Source: Malacoraja senta
Taxonomy: Eukaryota
Direction of reading: 5' to 3'
DNA length: 64,000 bases
Assembly (NCBI GenBank): GCA_038087875.1
Contig: CM075998.1
Coordinates: forward strand, 3,846,001-3,910,000
The position numbers were made by a program, and so were the translations under genes. Of this stretch, positions 21,669 to 35,850 are shown piece after piece; the stretch's first letter is position 1, and each line of letters starts with the position of its first letter. The notes beneath the pieces are model-generated. The model was not told where the DNA came from, did not search any database, and was given only the letters and a program-made list of their open reading frames with translations.

Positions 21669-23896
21669 ATAAGAATGTATAAACTGTTGCATGGAGATTA
21701 GAAAAGCATGACTTTATCAAACACCAGGATGGGGTTGAACGATGAAATCTACTTGTTAATCATCTATAATGAACACGCATCCCCGTTTAAAAAAAAATTA
21801 TCTCTCTTATTTATAACACACATACTCATTGCACAATGTGAGATTGGTATTAATCTGGGGTGGTGGGACATTGCAGTTTTCGTACACGTCAGTCATATAG
21901 ATGCTATCGATGTTCATTATTGGAGACCTGCCATTTATATTCATAGTGGAATCGGACTCATAGTCAATCAGTAGCAAAGCTATGAGTGAGTTTATATATT
22001 CCTTACTAGTAAAGTATAGGTAATAGTTATACTTAGTATGTCTATTCTAATTGTATTACAAGTGTAAAGAAATTCTTAACTAATCAGAAATGTGTTTTCA
22101 GTATTTCACGATAGTTTAAGTTTTTTATTACTATGGCAAAAATACTTAGCTGGACATTTGTTGTGATTTCAAAGAATGTTATTGGAAATCCCAACTCATA
22201 GCATAGCCATGACCTGAGGAGAAAGAAGGAGAAGTGAGAGTTTACATGGAACTACTTTGAACAGTGCCATGAATGAATGAAATGAACTGCTCAGAGGGGT
22301 GTCAAGAGCTGATTATGGTCACAGGTTCAAGGCAATTGGATAAATATTTGGAGCAATAAATTAATTTGGGATACGACAGGCAAGGTGAAATATGATCATT
22401 TCAAGGAACTGAGAGTTTACATGCTTATCCACACTGAGTGTTTCTATTTCTGTAAAAAAAAATGAATAAAATATTATTGATTTTCTGTAACACCTAGATG
22501 GAAAATGGATAAAGCTGCATCATACATAATTCTGATCCATTTGTTTCAAGAGCTCCAGTTAAAACCGCAGCACCTGATTACAGTCTCCTAATATTTATAC
22601 ATGCATGTACATCTCTGTGTATGTGCATGTGTAAATACACATAGGTATAGAACAAAGCTCCTCACACATTGAAGATTCGCCATGATATAGGTATTCTGAC
22701 TGTCTCAATTTTCGTTGAGGCTCAGTTCGTTCAAAACATTTGGATTTGCTTTTGCAAATTGTGAAAAAATTTCAGAAATCGTGACATTATGTGGGGAAAA
22801 CTGTCATTTGGGGAAATGCTGCACTCTTTCTAAGTAACAATAAACTAGAGCGGCACTTATGTTTTCCATAATAACAGCACTGACTCTTCACAAAGCATTA
22901 TTTGTGTAGGAAAGACATCTTTTCGCAACACTGCGAACTCTCAGACACTGATATGAGATTCCTAAGGTACGAACAGTAAAAGGGGAAACAATACAATTCC
23001 AACTCGCAGCAAACCCTATCCTGTACAATTCCAACTCACAGCAAACCGTATCCTGTAAACATCTAAACATCTAATGCATCTGACAGGTATGATAATGTCC
23101 TTCAGCTTTCAGTACTTCTTACTGATCAGATTTCACTGTAGCCAACCTGATCTAACTGAAACACATGTCTATTGAGTTGAAATTCCCAACGGAGCTGTGA
23201 AGCTTACAAAATAACATTTTGGCAAATTTCAATAAAGCATTTCATCAGCATTTGGTTTGCTACATGTTAAAAACTAGGGTCTTTATCCCACTCCCTTCCT
23301 CTACCAATTCTGTTTGATTACTTTAGAAAAATATACTTTAAAATATATTGCAAATAAGATAGACTGACAGATTACATTAAAAAAATGGTTTCTTGACGTA
23401 AAAAAGGTCAAATAAGCTTGAGCTCTTTATTACTAATCATAGTGATTTTCTTTGCGTGAATTTTAAAGAATGATTAATTACAGTAGCATACAATTCCATG
23501 GGGTCTACAAACAAAATATATACAATTGTGAATAGTCATCTGCTACTAATTTGTGAATAGAAGCTGATAAGAAAAATAATAAAGTATTATTTTGACAGTA
23601 CAGTTCAAAATGTGTTTTCCTTTGTGTGGTGTTAACTTATTGTATGGAACAAAAATGTTTGTCCTTAGTTATACTTGAATATTACGCTCTTCCTAACAAA
23701 GAGCTAACTTTCTTTTGAAGGTTTTTGTCAGAGAGAAAAAAAAACTCTTCTCCAACAGTGAATCGCTCAAATTCTTCTCAAGCTCCAGAACGTCATTTGG
23801 TGAAGGTTTCTAATGCAGATAGATGTCAGTGCACAAGACAACCATGTACTTCCATATCATTTTTGTACCCTTACATAGAACTTGTCAGGTTTATTA

Positions 23897-24525
23897 AATA
23901 GACACAAAGTGCTTGAGTAACTCAGCGGGTCAGGCAGCATCTCTGGAGAACATAGATAGGTGATGTTTTGGGGTCGGGACACTTCTTCAGACTGATTGTG
24001 GAGGTGGGAGAGAAAGCTGGAAAAGAGGAGAGGCAGGACAAATCGTTGCAGGTAATAGGTGAATACAGGCAAGGGAGGGGGGGCGGTTGGTAGGTAGATT
24101 GTTGGACAAAAAACAGAAGGTGTGAGACAGAGTTGAAGAGTAGCACATTTTGAAGCTAGAGGAAGGAATGAAGGTGGAAGGGGGGGGCAGGGGAAAATAG
24201 GTGCAAGTCCAGGTGGGGCACAAGGGAAGAGGGGTAAGAAAAGGGTGTGTGGGGAGGTAATTAGAGGTTATTTAAAATTGGAGAATTCAAAGTTCATACC
24301 ATTGGGTTGTATGCTACCCATGCAGAATAAGAGGTGCTGTTCCTCCAGTTTGCATGTGGCCTCACTCTGGCAATGGAGGAGGCTCAGGACAGAAAGATCA
24401 GTATCGGATTGGGAACAGGAGTTAAAATGGTTAGCAACTGGGTGATTCAGTAGGCCTTGGTGGACCGAGCGCAAGTGTTTGGCAAAACCGTCACCGAGGC
24501 TACACTTGGTCTCACCGATGTACAG
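23897..24525 (-). mobile_element. Penelope-like element 3' part (GIY-YIG endonuclease C-terminus plus terminal repeat)
   Basis: ORF 24268-24474 HPVANHFNS...LEEQHLLFCMGSIQPNGMN matches the VA.HF...E...I..L.T..P.GLN pattern of Penelope endonucleases. A degenerate hammerhead motif lies at 23962-23990. Confidence 0.8.
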
Positions 24526-26746
24526 CTCTGTCAGCTTTGAGAATTGAGGTTGACAATACGAGATGTATTCCTACATTATTTTTTGATAGGGTGGGACACC
24601 CTTTGTATTTGCCTTTTTTCTGCCTGCACAATTTGCATTAGAAAGGGTCGAGGTATAGGATGAAACAAACTGCTGATAGCTGAACAATAGTAAGCTGCAT
24701 TAGCTATATATCTGGCTTTCATTCTCTATGAGGAAGCAGCTGGTCTGTGCTTTGTTTCTCCCCATCTACTTCATTCACCCTTCTGTAATATTTAATACTG
24801 AAATCTTATGGCCCTCAATACGTTAATGGACCATTGTGGGCTCCACATTTCCGTGCCGGCTCTGATCTGTTCTGTACCTTTTCATACCTCTAGTTTCCCT
24901 CTCCCCTGACTCTCAGTCTGAAGAAAGGTCTCCACCCGAAACGTCAGAGTCCTTTTCTCCAGAGATGTTCCCTGACCCACTGCAACATTTTGTGTCTATG
25001 GTGTAAACCAGTATCTATAATTCCTTCCTACACTGTCTGAAGAAGGGTTCTGACTCCGAACGCCATAAGTCCATTTACATCTATGGATGCTGCCAGACCC
25101 TCTGAGTTGTTCCAACAGCCTTCGTGGTAATCTACTGACCTATGCCGACCAGCACTCGCGCACTGAATATCTGAGGCAAGGGTAATACAGAGTGTGCGCC
25201 AGTTATAAGTGACCACATATCTTTAAGAACTTTCCCCAAGATTCCAAACAAGTTATAAAAAGGGGTTATAATCTGACACTCTGCTATTTTTTAAAATAAA
25301 ATACCTTTATCTCCAAAATATTTCTTTCTCTGCATTCCATTTGACTGCAGAAGCTACAAGTGACTTGCACCATTTCATGTGAGAACTCCACATGCCACGA
25401 TTTAAATACCCTGATTAAATATAATGAAAATTCATCACCAGAACTTTGTACATCTTTAACTCTTGACTGGGCTTGAAAATAACTGTCTCTCATACTGAAC
25501 AAATAACTGTGTGTGTTTGGTTGAGAGCAGCTCTGTCAACCGTAGGCAATCTGACATAACTTGAATGTTATTGTCAAGTTCAACTGGGGACAAATTCTGA
25601 CAACTCATGCTTTGATTAGGTTTTAAAGAGACATCCACCAAACTATAATTAAATTGAACTAAGGTTCATTTTTGCCCCAGTAGCACTAATGACCAAGTAG
25701 GTGCCAGGCCACCATTGTAAGAGTAAATAAATCAGACAAAAATAACATTAAAACGAATGCTTTCATGAAGAGATTCTGGGTCAGACATGATTGTACAGTA
25801 TATGTGCATTGGCACTGACTTTTGAAAAACATTGCTTTATAAAAACAAACTAAAAGCTTTTTAGCACTGATTGCCTTGATCCTCTATTAGAGGATTGTCT
25901 TCTTTCGCATGATAAAGGCTGTTGGCAAATCCTTCCTCGAACAGTCAGACCTGACTCCAATTTACTCCAGGTACGAGGAAGGATCCTCTGTTGTGCTTTT
26001 ACACGTTCAGAACTATGTCTGCATTATTCAATCCAGTTTGCCCCTGCGATTTGCAAAGCGATAAATAGATTTCCCAATTCGTCACGATACTGGGCGGCAC
26101 ATTGGTGCAGCTGGTGGAGCCACTTCCTCACAGCACCATCATGATTGTGAAGTTTACTTGCTCGCCTGGTCTGTGTTTATAAGGTTATTAATCTAGGTAA
26201 GTAGCTGCTGCTAGGACTAAAGGACAGCTGCAACGATTTGCACTGTCAGTCTCCAAGTTCATGACTGGCAATGTCTTACAAAAAAGATTGCATCAGTAAA
26301 AGGAAATGATACCTGAGCCTAGAATTGACTGTATTTATTAAATTACTGTATTAAATTGCTGTACACCCAAAGACGTGCGCAATCGGGACGCAAAGCAAAT
26401 ATGTGACTTGAGTGTCGCAAATTTTTTTTGCACTAATTAATCATCTACAAATGTATACAATGCATCAAATCTCTTACGCTTTAAATGCATCTTCTTCCCA
26501 TTGCAAATGATAAGGCCTTGTGTATCTCAGGTACTCCAATTACATTCTGTGTATATCTTTGGTGTAAACCAGCATCTGCCGTTCCTTCCTACACACTTCT
26601 TCATAAGTTCTTTTCAATTTATGAACAGGCTTTCAGATAGTGAAACGGGCATTTTTTGTTATTTTTTATTGCAATTTTTTTGAGCATTTGAGAAATGTTT
26701 CTCACTGAGATCTGATTTGCATTCTCTGATCCTGCTAAAACATTTT

Positions 26747-29700
26747 AGACAATAGGTGCAGGAGTAGGCCATTCGGCCCTTAGAGCCAGCACCACCATTC
26801 AATGTGATCATGGCTGATCATCCCCAATCAGTGCCCCGATCCTGCCTTCTCCCCATATCCCCTGACTCCACTATCTTTAAGAGCCCTATCTAACTCTCTC
26901 TTGAAAGTATCCAGAGAACCGGCCTCCACTGCCCTCTGAAGCAGAGAATTCCACAGACTCACAACTCTCTGTGAGAAAAAGTGTTTCCTCGTCTCCGTTC
27001 TAAATGGCTTACCCCTTATTCTTAAACTGTGGCCCCTGGTTTTGGATTCCCCCCAACATCGGGAACATGTTTCCTGCCTCTAGCGTGTCCAAACCCTTAA
27101 CAATCTTATATGTTTCAATAAGATCCCCTCTCATCCTTCTAAACTCCAGAGTGTACAAGCCCAGCCGCTCCATTCTCTCAGCATATGACAGTCCTGCCAT
27201 CCCGGGAATTAACCTTGTAAACCTACGCTGCACTCCCTCAATAGCAACAATGTCCTTCCTCAAATTAGGGGACCAAAACTACACACAATACTCCAGGTGT
27301 GGTCTCACTAGGGCACTGTATAACTGCAGAAGGACCTCTTTGCTCCTATACTCGACGACTCTTGTTATAAAGGCCAACATGCCATTCACTTTCTTCACTG
27401 CCTGCTGTACCTGCATGCTTACTTTCATAGACTGATAAACAGGGACCCCCAGATCCCATTGTACTTCCCCTTTTCCCAACTTGACGCCATTTAGATAGTA
27501 ATCTGCCTTCCTGTTTTTGATACCAAAGTGGATAAGCTCACATTTATCCACATTAAACTGCATCCGCCATGCATCTGCCCACTCCCCCAACCTGTCCCAG
27601 TCACCCTGCATTCTCATAGCATCCTCCTCACAGATCACACTGCCACCCAGCTTTCTGTCATCTGCAAATTTGCTAATGTTACTTTGAATCCCTCCATCTA
27701 AATCATTGATGTATATAGTAAATAGCTGCAGTCCCAGCACCGAGCCTTGCGTTACCCCACTAGTCACTGCCTGCCATTCTGAAAGGGACCTGTTAATCCC
27801 TACTCTTTGTTTCCTGTCTGCCAACCAATTTTCTATCCATGTCAGCACTCTACCCCCAATAACATGTGCCCTAATTTTGCTCACTAATCTCCTGTGTGGG
27901 ACCTTATCAAATGCTTTCTGAAAGTCCAGGTACACTACATCCACTGGCTCGCCCTTGTCTATTTTCCTACTTACACCCTAAAAAAATTCCAGAAGATTAG
28001 TCAAGCATGATTTCCCCTTTGTAAATCCATGCTGACTCGGACCGATCGTGTTACTGCTATCCAAATGTGCGGCTATTTCATCTTTTATAATTGACTCCAG
28101 CATCTTCCCCACCACCGATGTCAGGCTAACTGGTCTAAAATTCCCTGTTTTCTCTTTCTCCCACCTTTCTTAAAAAGTGGGATAACATTAGCTACCCTCC
28201 AATCCACAGGAACTAATCCTGAGTCTATAGAACATTAGAACATTATCACCAATGCATCTACGATTTCTAGAGCCACTTCCTTAAGTACCCTGGTATGCAG
28301 ACCATCAGGCCCTGGGATTTATCAGCCTTCAGTCCCATCAGTCTACCCAACACCATTTCCTGCCTAATGTGGATTTCCTTCAGTTCCTCCGTCACCCCAC
28401 ATCAGGAAGATTGTTTGTGTCCTCCTTTGTGAAGACGGATCCAAAGTACCTGTTCAACTCATCTGCCATTTCCTTGTTCCCCATAATAAATTCACCCTTT
28501 TCAGTCTTCAAGGGTCTAACTGGTCTTAACTAATTTTTTCCTCTTCACATACCTAAAGAAGCTTTTACTATCCTCCTTTATATTCTTGGCTAGCTTACCT
28601 TCGTACCTCATCTTTTCTCCCCGTATTGTCTTTTTAGTTATCTTCTGTTTCTCTTTAAACATTACCCAATCCTCTTGCTTCCTGCTCATCTTTGCTACGT
28701 TGTACTTCTTCTCTTTTAATTTTATACTGTCCCTGACTCCCTTGTCAGCCACGGTTGCCCCTTACTCCCCTTGGAATCTTTCTTCCTCCTAGGAATGAAC
28801 TGATCCTGCACCTTCTGTATTATTCCTAGAAATACCTGCCATTGTTGTTCCACTGTCATCCCTGCTAGGGTATCTTTCCAGTCAACTTTGGCCAGCTCCT
28901 CCCTCATGGCCCCATAGTCCCCTTTATTCAACTGTAACACTGACACCTCCAATCTACCCTTCTCCCTCTCCAATTGTAGATTAAACCTGACCATATTATG
29001 GTCACTACCTCCTAATGGCTCATTAACCTCAAGTTCCTTTATCAAATCCAGTTCATTACATAACACTAAATCCAGAATTGCCTTCTCCCTGGTAGGCTCC
29101 AATACAAGCTGCTCTAGGAATCCATCATGAAGGCACTCTACAAAGTCCCTTTCTTGGGGTCCAGTACCAACCTGATTTTCCCAGTCTACCTGCATGTTGA
29201 AATCTCCCATAACAACCACAGCATTACCTTTGCTACATGCCAATTTTAACTCCTGATTCAACTGTTTAGGGGCCTGTAGATGTCCCATTAGGGTCTTTTT
29301 ACCCTTACAATTCCTTAGTTCTCTCCTGGGGGTGGGAGATTGCAACCTTCACGTGGTCCGCCCTGTTTCGACGAATGCAATATACCTGGCGTGCACAATC
29401 AAATTAGATCAAATAGAAAAAGTTGTCCTACAACTTTAGGCTGTGCACGCCATACGCAAGAAGAAGAAGTTCTATCCATACTGACTCCACATCTCCTGTT
29501 TCAATGTCACCCCTTGCAAGGGACTGAATTTCTTTCCACACCAACAGAGCTACGCCCACCCCCTCTGCCCACCTGTCTGTTTTTTCGATAGGAGGTATAC
29601 CCTTGGATATTCAGTTCCCAGCCCTGGCCCTCCTGCAGCCATGTCTCTGTAATTCCCACAACATCATACTTGCCAATTTCTAACTGAGCCTCAAGCTCGT

Positions 29701-29988
29701 CCACTTTATTTCTAATACTTCGCGCATTCATATACAACACTCTGACCTCTGTATTCACTTCCCCCCTCGCACCGCTCGCAATTGGCCCTGACCTTACTCT
29801 TTTATCCCTTCTCCTGCTTTCCTTCACATTAAATCGAGAATCTTTTGTAATTTTTCCTGTACTCACTTCCCCTTCAACTCCATCTTTATGCTCCCAAATT
29901 TGTCAATCCCTCCCCCCCCCCACTATTTAGTTTAAACCCACACATGTAGCACTAGCAAACCTGCCTGCCAGAATGTCGGTCCCCCTAC
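26747..29988 (-). mobile_element. Long CR1 LINE with disrupted ORF2 (APE endonuclease plus RT)
   Basis: Encodes VLYMNARSIRNK..DVVGITETWL, MGDFN, SDHN, YLDFQKAFDKVPH, GVTQGSVLG and KFADD. Frameshifts, stops and one insertion. Confidence 0.95.
29327..29467 (+). mobile_element. Short unrelated retroposed insertion with (GAA)n tail inside CR1
   Basis: 10-bp TSD agttct(c/a)tcc at 29317-29326 and 29468-29477. Confidence 0.75.
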
Positions 29989-30889
29989 ATTTTGATACGG
30001 TGAGTCGGATGAAAAAACAAAAGAGAAGAATCTAACAACAACAAATGTTCCAGTCGAAATACCAAGACGACGGAAGCGAACCTAAAGGTAAGACAAACAG
30101 AAGATGTAAGGTCGCAAATTTGTTCAATGTTGCCTGGGCGCGTAGTCATGGAAGAAATAAATAGTCGCTGAGTAATGGCAACTGCTTTTTACTGCCTTAC
30201 TGCAAGTACTAGCGGCGCTTCATTGGCATCATTATTGTCACCTATAACTTGCTGCTGCTGCTCACAAGAAACAACCGCAAGTCCTCCAAGGAACTAAACA
30301 AATGACTAATTCCAACACCCTGTTGCAACATTGTTTTACTCGCTTCCCTTTTTCAAATCACGGACTGCATATATTTCCGGGGGTGATATTGCTGTCAACT
30401 GTGTGGGAGACCTGGATTTGATTCCTGATCAGTCCAGTGCTTCAGTATCCAATATCTGAAGGGTTTATTCAGCACTTCAGACGCTGCCTGCCGAGCTAAG
30501 GAATGGTATTGCAAGTTTGCATCAAGCAGCAAATTCTTCCAGGAGCCACCCTTTAAAGAGTTATGGCATGCGTATTTATGTAAAATGTGCAGAGTGTGCA
30601 CGTATGTGTGCGATTTCCTTAAGGTGGTCAAAAACCATTTGTATGTTCCCAGAACAACCTCTCCTGTTGCTGTTACACAGAATTCTGTAGAAGAGGTAAT
30701 ACGGATTATTGTAGTAATCATAACTCCCTGCCTGTATATTTTGTCACGACGGATTGCAACTCTCACTGGCAATCCATCCAGAGCTGGAATTTAGTGATCT
30801 CTCTCTGGTACCACCATCTACAGTACCATTGATCTTTATGGTGTGCATTTCATGCCCTCTGAACTGTAGTATGTGCTGATCCTACATTC

Positions 30890-31235
30890 CTGGATAGAGT
30901 GGATGTGGAGAGGATGTTTTCACCAGTGGGAGAGTCCAGGACCAGAGCCCATAGTCTCAGAATAAAAGGATGTACCTTTAGGAAGGAGATAAGGAGCAAT
31001 TTCTTTAGTCAGAGGATGGTGAATTTGTGGAATTCATCGCCACAGAAGGCTGCGGAGGCCAAGTCAATGGATATTTTTAAGGCAGAGATTGACAGATTCT
31101 TGATTAGTACGGGTGTCAGGGGTTATGGGGAGAAGACAGGAGAATGGGGTTGAGAGGGAAAGATAGATTAGCCATGATTGAATGGCGGAGTAGACTTGAT
31201 GGGTCGAAGGGCCTAATTCTGCTCCACGTACTTTT
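30890..31235 (+). mobile_element. CR1 3' fragment
   Basis: Encodes DVERMFSPVGESRTRAHSLRIKG...VNLWNS, followed by the tail. Confidence 0.85.
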
Positions 31236-32111
31236 GAACACCTAGGAATCTCTAAGCGATGCCTGTACAGAGTGGAGAAGGTCCATGTGAAGTGGGTTTG
31301 AGAATCTTGAATCCCTCCATCAGGAGCACACAGTGTAAGTGGTGAAAGAAGCGTCACCATCTCGCAAACTATCCATCAGGCATCCCCTGACTCAACCGTG
31401 GTCAAGTGAGACCAGTTGTGCCACTGGGCTGCCCTATTTTTCTTTCTTTTCTTTCACAAAACCATAGGTAGACAAAAATGCTGGAGAAACTCAGCAGGTG
31501 CAGCAGCATCTATGGAGCGAAGGAAATAGGCAACGTTTCGGGCCGAAACTCTTCTTCAGACTGATGTAGGGTGGGGAGAAGAAAGGAAAAAGGAAGATGA
31601 GGAGCCCGAGGGGTGAGGGAGAGCTGAGAAGGGGAGGAGCAGTTAGAGAGGAGGTTGTAAAACTGTCTTCGGAGGGAGGAAAACCATGTTGACTTTGTCT
31701 AATTACCTTGATTTGTTTTCAAGTGCGCTGTTATAATAACTCCAATACTACCTTCCAACATTTTCCCTGTGACAGATATTTATCTAACGGGCCTGTAGTT
31801 TTGAATACGGAAATTACATTTCCTCCTTTCCACAAATCCAGAAATTTTAGAAAATTGAAATCAATATATCGACTTCTCACTGCCACTTCCTTTACCATCT
31901 AGAATGAAGTCCATCAGCATGAGGAGACTTGCCAGACCACTACCCTGATGGTTGTGATTTCCCTGAGTTCCTCCCTCCCTCCCTTTCATTTCCTGATTTA
32001 CAGCTATTTTTGGGATGTTAATTTTATCCTCAGTGGAGACTGATGTGAAATACCTGTTTTATTTATCTGCCATCTCCTTGATTTCCATTTATAATTCATC
32101 GACCTGAAAAA

Positions 32112-32432
32112 AGAAGTGTGAAAACGCACACCTTTAAATTCAGGGACAGTTTCTTCCCAGCTGTTGTCAGGCAATCACCAACTAGAGAGCGGTCCTGACC
32201 TGCTTAATCGTATTTTACTGGACTTTATTTTGTCCTCAAAGTTTTACCCTTTATCCTGTATCTGTACACTGTGGGCGGCTTGATTGTAATCATGTATAGT
32301 CTTTCTGCTGACTGGATAACATGCAACAAAAAGGCTCTTCACTATACTTCGGTACATGTGAAAATAAACTAAATTAGACTAAACTAAAACTAAGCTAAAT
32401 TAAACTAAACCTAAATTAAACTAAAACTAAAC
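32112..32432 (+). mobile_element. Rex1/Babar LINE 3' fragment
   Basis: Encodes KTHTFKFRDSFFPAVVRQ (Rex1-type C-terminal motif), then a tail ending aataaa(ctaaa)n. A related reverse copy lies at 3077-3260. Confidence 0.65.
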
Positions 32433-32640
32433 ATACGAATGAGTGACAAACATAACAGCCATGGGTACAAGTGTACAATTTATTAATCCATTTCAAAGTA
32501 TTATCCACACCGCCTGATGAAAATGAATGATTGGCAAGGCAGTCTCATCAAAAATAACTATTTCTGTAATATCAGACATAATGAAATCAAAATGAACTCA
32601 ATTAAACAAAATATCTAAATTGTTTAATAGGATACATGTA

Positions 32641-34278
32641 CAGTGCCCTCCATAATGTTTGGGACAAAGACCCATCATTTATTTATTTGCCTCTGTACTC
32701 CACAATTTGGGATTTGTAATAGAAAAATCACATGTGGTTAAAGTGCACATTGTCAGATATTATTAAAGAGTATTTTTTATGCATTTTGGTTTCACCATGT
32801 AGAAATTACAGCTGTGTTTATACATCGTCCCCCCATTTCAGGGCACCATAATGTTTGGGACACATGGCTTCATAGGTGTTTGTAATTGCTCAGGTGTGTT
32901 TAAATGCCTCCTTAATGCAGGTATAAGAGAGCTCTCAGCACCTAGTCTTCCCATCACCTTTGGAAACTTTTTTTGCTGTTTATCAACACGAGGACCAAAG
33001 TTGCGCCAATGAAAGTCAAAGAAGCCATTATGAGACTGAAACAAGAATAAAACTGTTAGAGACATCAGCCAAACCTTAGGCTTACCAAAACCAAATGTTT
33101 GGAACATCATTAAGAAGAAAGAGAGCACTGGTGAGCTTACTAATCACAAAGGGACTGGCAGGCCAAGGAAGACCTCCACAGCTGATGACAGAAGAAATCT
33201 CTCTATAATAAAGAAAAATCCCCAAACACCTGTCCGACAGATCAGAAACACTCTTCAGGAGTCAGGTGTAGACTTGTCAATGACCACTGTCCGCAGAAGA
33301 CTTCATGAACAGAAATACAGAGGCTACACTGCAAGATGCAAACCACTAGTTAGCCGTAAAAATAGGATGGCCAGGTTACAGTTTGCCAAGAAGTACTTAA
33401 AAGAGCAACCACAGTTCTGGAAAAAGGTCTTGTGGACAGATGAGACAAAGATTTTATCAGAGTGATGGCAAGAGCAAAGTATGGAGGAGAGAAGGAATTG
33501 ACCAAGATCCAAAGCATACCACCTCACCTGTGAAACACGGTGGTGGGGGTGTTTTGGCCTGGGCCTGTATGGCTGCTGAAGGTACTGGCTCACTTATCTT
33601 CATTGATGATACAACTGCTGATGGTAGTAGCATAATGAATTTTGAAGTGTATAGACACATCCTATCTGCTCAAGTTCAAACAAATGCCTCAAAACGCATT
33701 GACCGGCAGTTCATTCTACAGCAAGACAATGATCCCAAGCATACTGCTAAAGCAACAAAGGAGTTTTTCAAAGCTAAAAAATTGTCAATTTTTGAGTGGC
33801 CAAGTCAATCACCCGATCTGAACCCAATTGAGCATGCCTTTTATATGCTGAAGAGAAAACTGAAGGGGACTAGCCCCCAAAACAAGCATAAGCTAAAGAT
33901 GGCTGCAATACAAGCCTAGCAGAGCATCACCAGAGAAGATACCCAGCAACTGGTGATGTCCATGAATCGCAGACTTCAAGCAGTCATTGCATGCAAAGGA
34001 TATGCAACAAAATACTAAACATGACTACTTTTATTTACATCATGACATTGCTGTGTCCCAAACATTATGGTGCCCTGAAATGGGAGGGACTATGTATAAA
34101 CACTGCTGTAATTTCTACATGGTGAAACCAAAATGTATAAAAATACCCTTTTATTAAAATCTGACAATGTGCACTTTAACCACATGTGATTTTTTTCTAT
34201 TACAAATCTCAAATTGTGGAGTACAGAGGCAAATAAATAAATGATGGGTCTTTGTCCCAAACATTATGGAGGGCACTG
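32641..34278 (+). mobile_element. Full-length Tc1 transposon (1638 bp), IR/DR type
   Basis: TA TSDs at 32639-32640 and 34279-34280. TIRs of about 220 bp starting CAGTGCCCTCCATAATGTTTGGGACA, each with an internal direct repeat of ccataatgtttgggaca. Confidence 0.97.
32987..34017 (+). pseudogene. Tc1 DD34E transposase, inactivated
   Basis: Motifs VLWTDETK, QQDNDPKH and SPDLNPIE with 34 residues between D and E. Probable start mutated to ACG, frameshift near 33455, premature TAG at 33917. Confidence 0.92.
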
Positions 34279-35850
34279 TAGGTGCCTTTCCTTTGTGAGT
34301 GATTAGCTTTGTGCAGGTCACACTGCCCCTTCCCCCAGAACGCCATAACTCCGTGATGATGTGTGACTTAGAGAGAGGGAGCTGTGGGTGGTAGTGATCG
34401 CATGCTGGTGCTGCCCTTGTCCTTCTTTATAAGAGAAAATGTGGGTGTGGGAGGTGTTGGCGGAGTAGTCCGGGTGAGTATCAGCAGTGTATTTTGTAGA
34501 TGGTGCACCCTGCAGCCACCGTGTGGTGGAGGTGGAGGGAGTGAACATTTAGGGTGGTGGGGGGGGGGGGGGGGTGCTGAGTACAACAGTGGTGGATGGG
34601 TGCAAGTGGGCTATTTGTTTCTGGATGATATTGAGTTTCTCAAGTGTTGATGGAGCTGCACTTGTCCAGACAAGTGCGATGCCATACTCCGAATTTGTGC
34701 CTTGCAGATGATGGAAAGACATTGGAGTGACTGGAGGTGGGACAGTTGCGACAGGATACCCAGCTTCTGTCCTCATCTTGTAGCCACTCTATGCAGACAC
34801 AAGGAACTGCAGATGCTGGTTTATAAAAAAAAGACACAAAGTGCTGGAATAAGTCAGCAGGTCAGGCAGCATCTCTGGAGAACATGGATAGGTGATGTTT
34901 TGGGTTGGGACCCTTCTTCAGGCTGATTGTCAGGAGAGGTTGGAAGAAAGCTGGAAGAGGTTTTGTAATCATTAGGAATAATATTTCACAGAAAAGCATA
35001 TTTGCAGTTGCATACAATTAATGACTGGAAATGGCATTTAATGAAATGATTGAATGGTTGAAGTACTGTTAGAATAATCTGTAGATGGCACACATTTCTC
35101 GGCTTCTGAAAGGTTAAGTACAAGTTGGTTCAGAAATTGTGTGGAGTTATTTTGGTACAATTGCAATCATTGCACATAATGTTGGCACACTGCCCCAAGA
35201 GAAGTCAGGGATAAGAAAAGGTCATTCACTCCATCCAGGATCCCACTCAATAATTTACTTTCCCATTTTCCACTCATTTTATTTTAGATAATCTAACTAT
35301 CTTGCCTTGAGTATGTTGTTTGGGTAAATTACTGACAACATTGCTCTCTCATTAAGCTCTCCTGATATGGATGAATTATTAATTATTAATTAATTTCTGC
35401 ATATATTCTCTGATCCTACTTACCTGGCATACTTTGAAGATGCAATTTGAGTTTATTTTAGACTTTAGAGTCTTACAGCGGTGAAAACAGGCCATTTGGC
35501 CCAACTTGCCCACACCGGATGTCCCATCTACACTAGTTCCGCCTGCCTGCGTTTGGCCCATATCCCTCTAAACCTGTCCTATCCATGCACCTCATTCTTG
35601 GGGCAATTGTTCAGCACCATAGCGAGAAATATTGCTTATATGTTTGACTGTGCCATTGTGAAACACAATTTTCTTTTTTGTAACTAAACTAGTACTGACT
35701 AGATCTCAGGGAGAACACTGTGGCTAATTGTGGGAATTACACTATAGATGTCAAAATATTGGGGCTTGTGCAGAAGACGCAACCGAGAAGAGATTTTGTA
35801 TAGACTGATTGGAAGAAGTGGGTTTATTCTACATAGAACAGAGATCACAG

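Noticed and set aside
30365..30440. tRNA gene
   Set aside because: Only a degenerate T-arm-like remnant with no cloverleaf. The SINE heads elsewhere are likewise not tRNA genes.
30395..30772. 125-aa minus-strand ORF
   Set aside because: No recognisable domain or exon structure.
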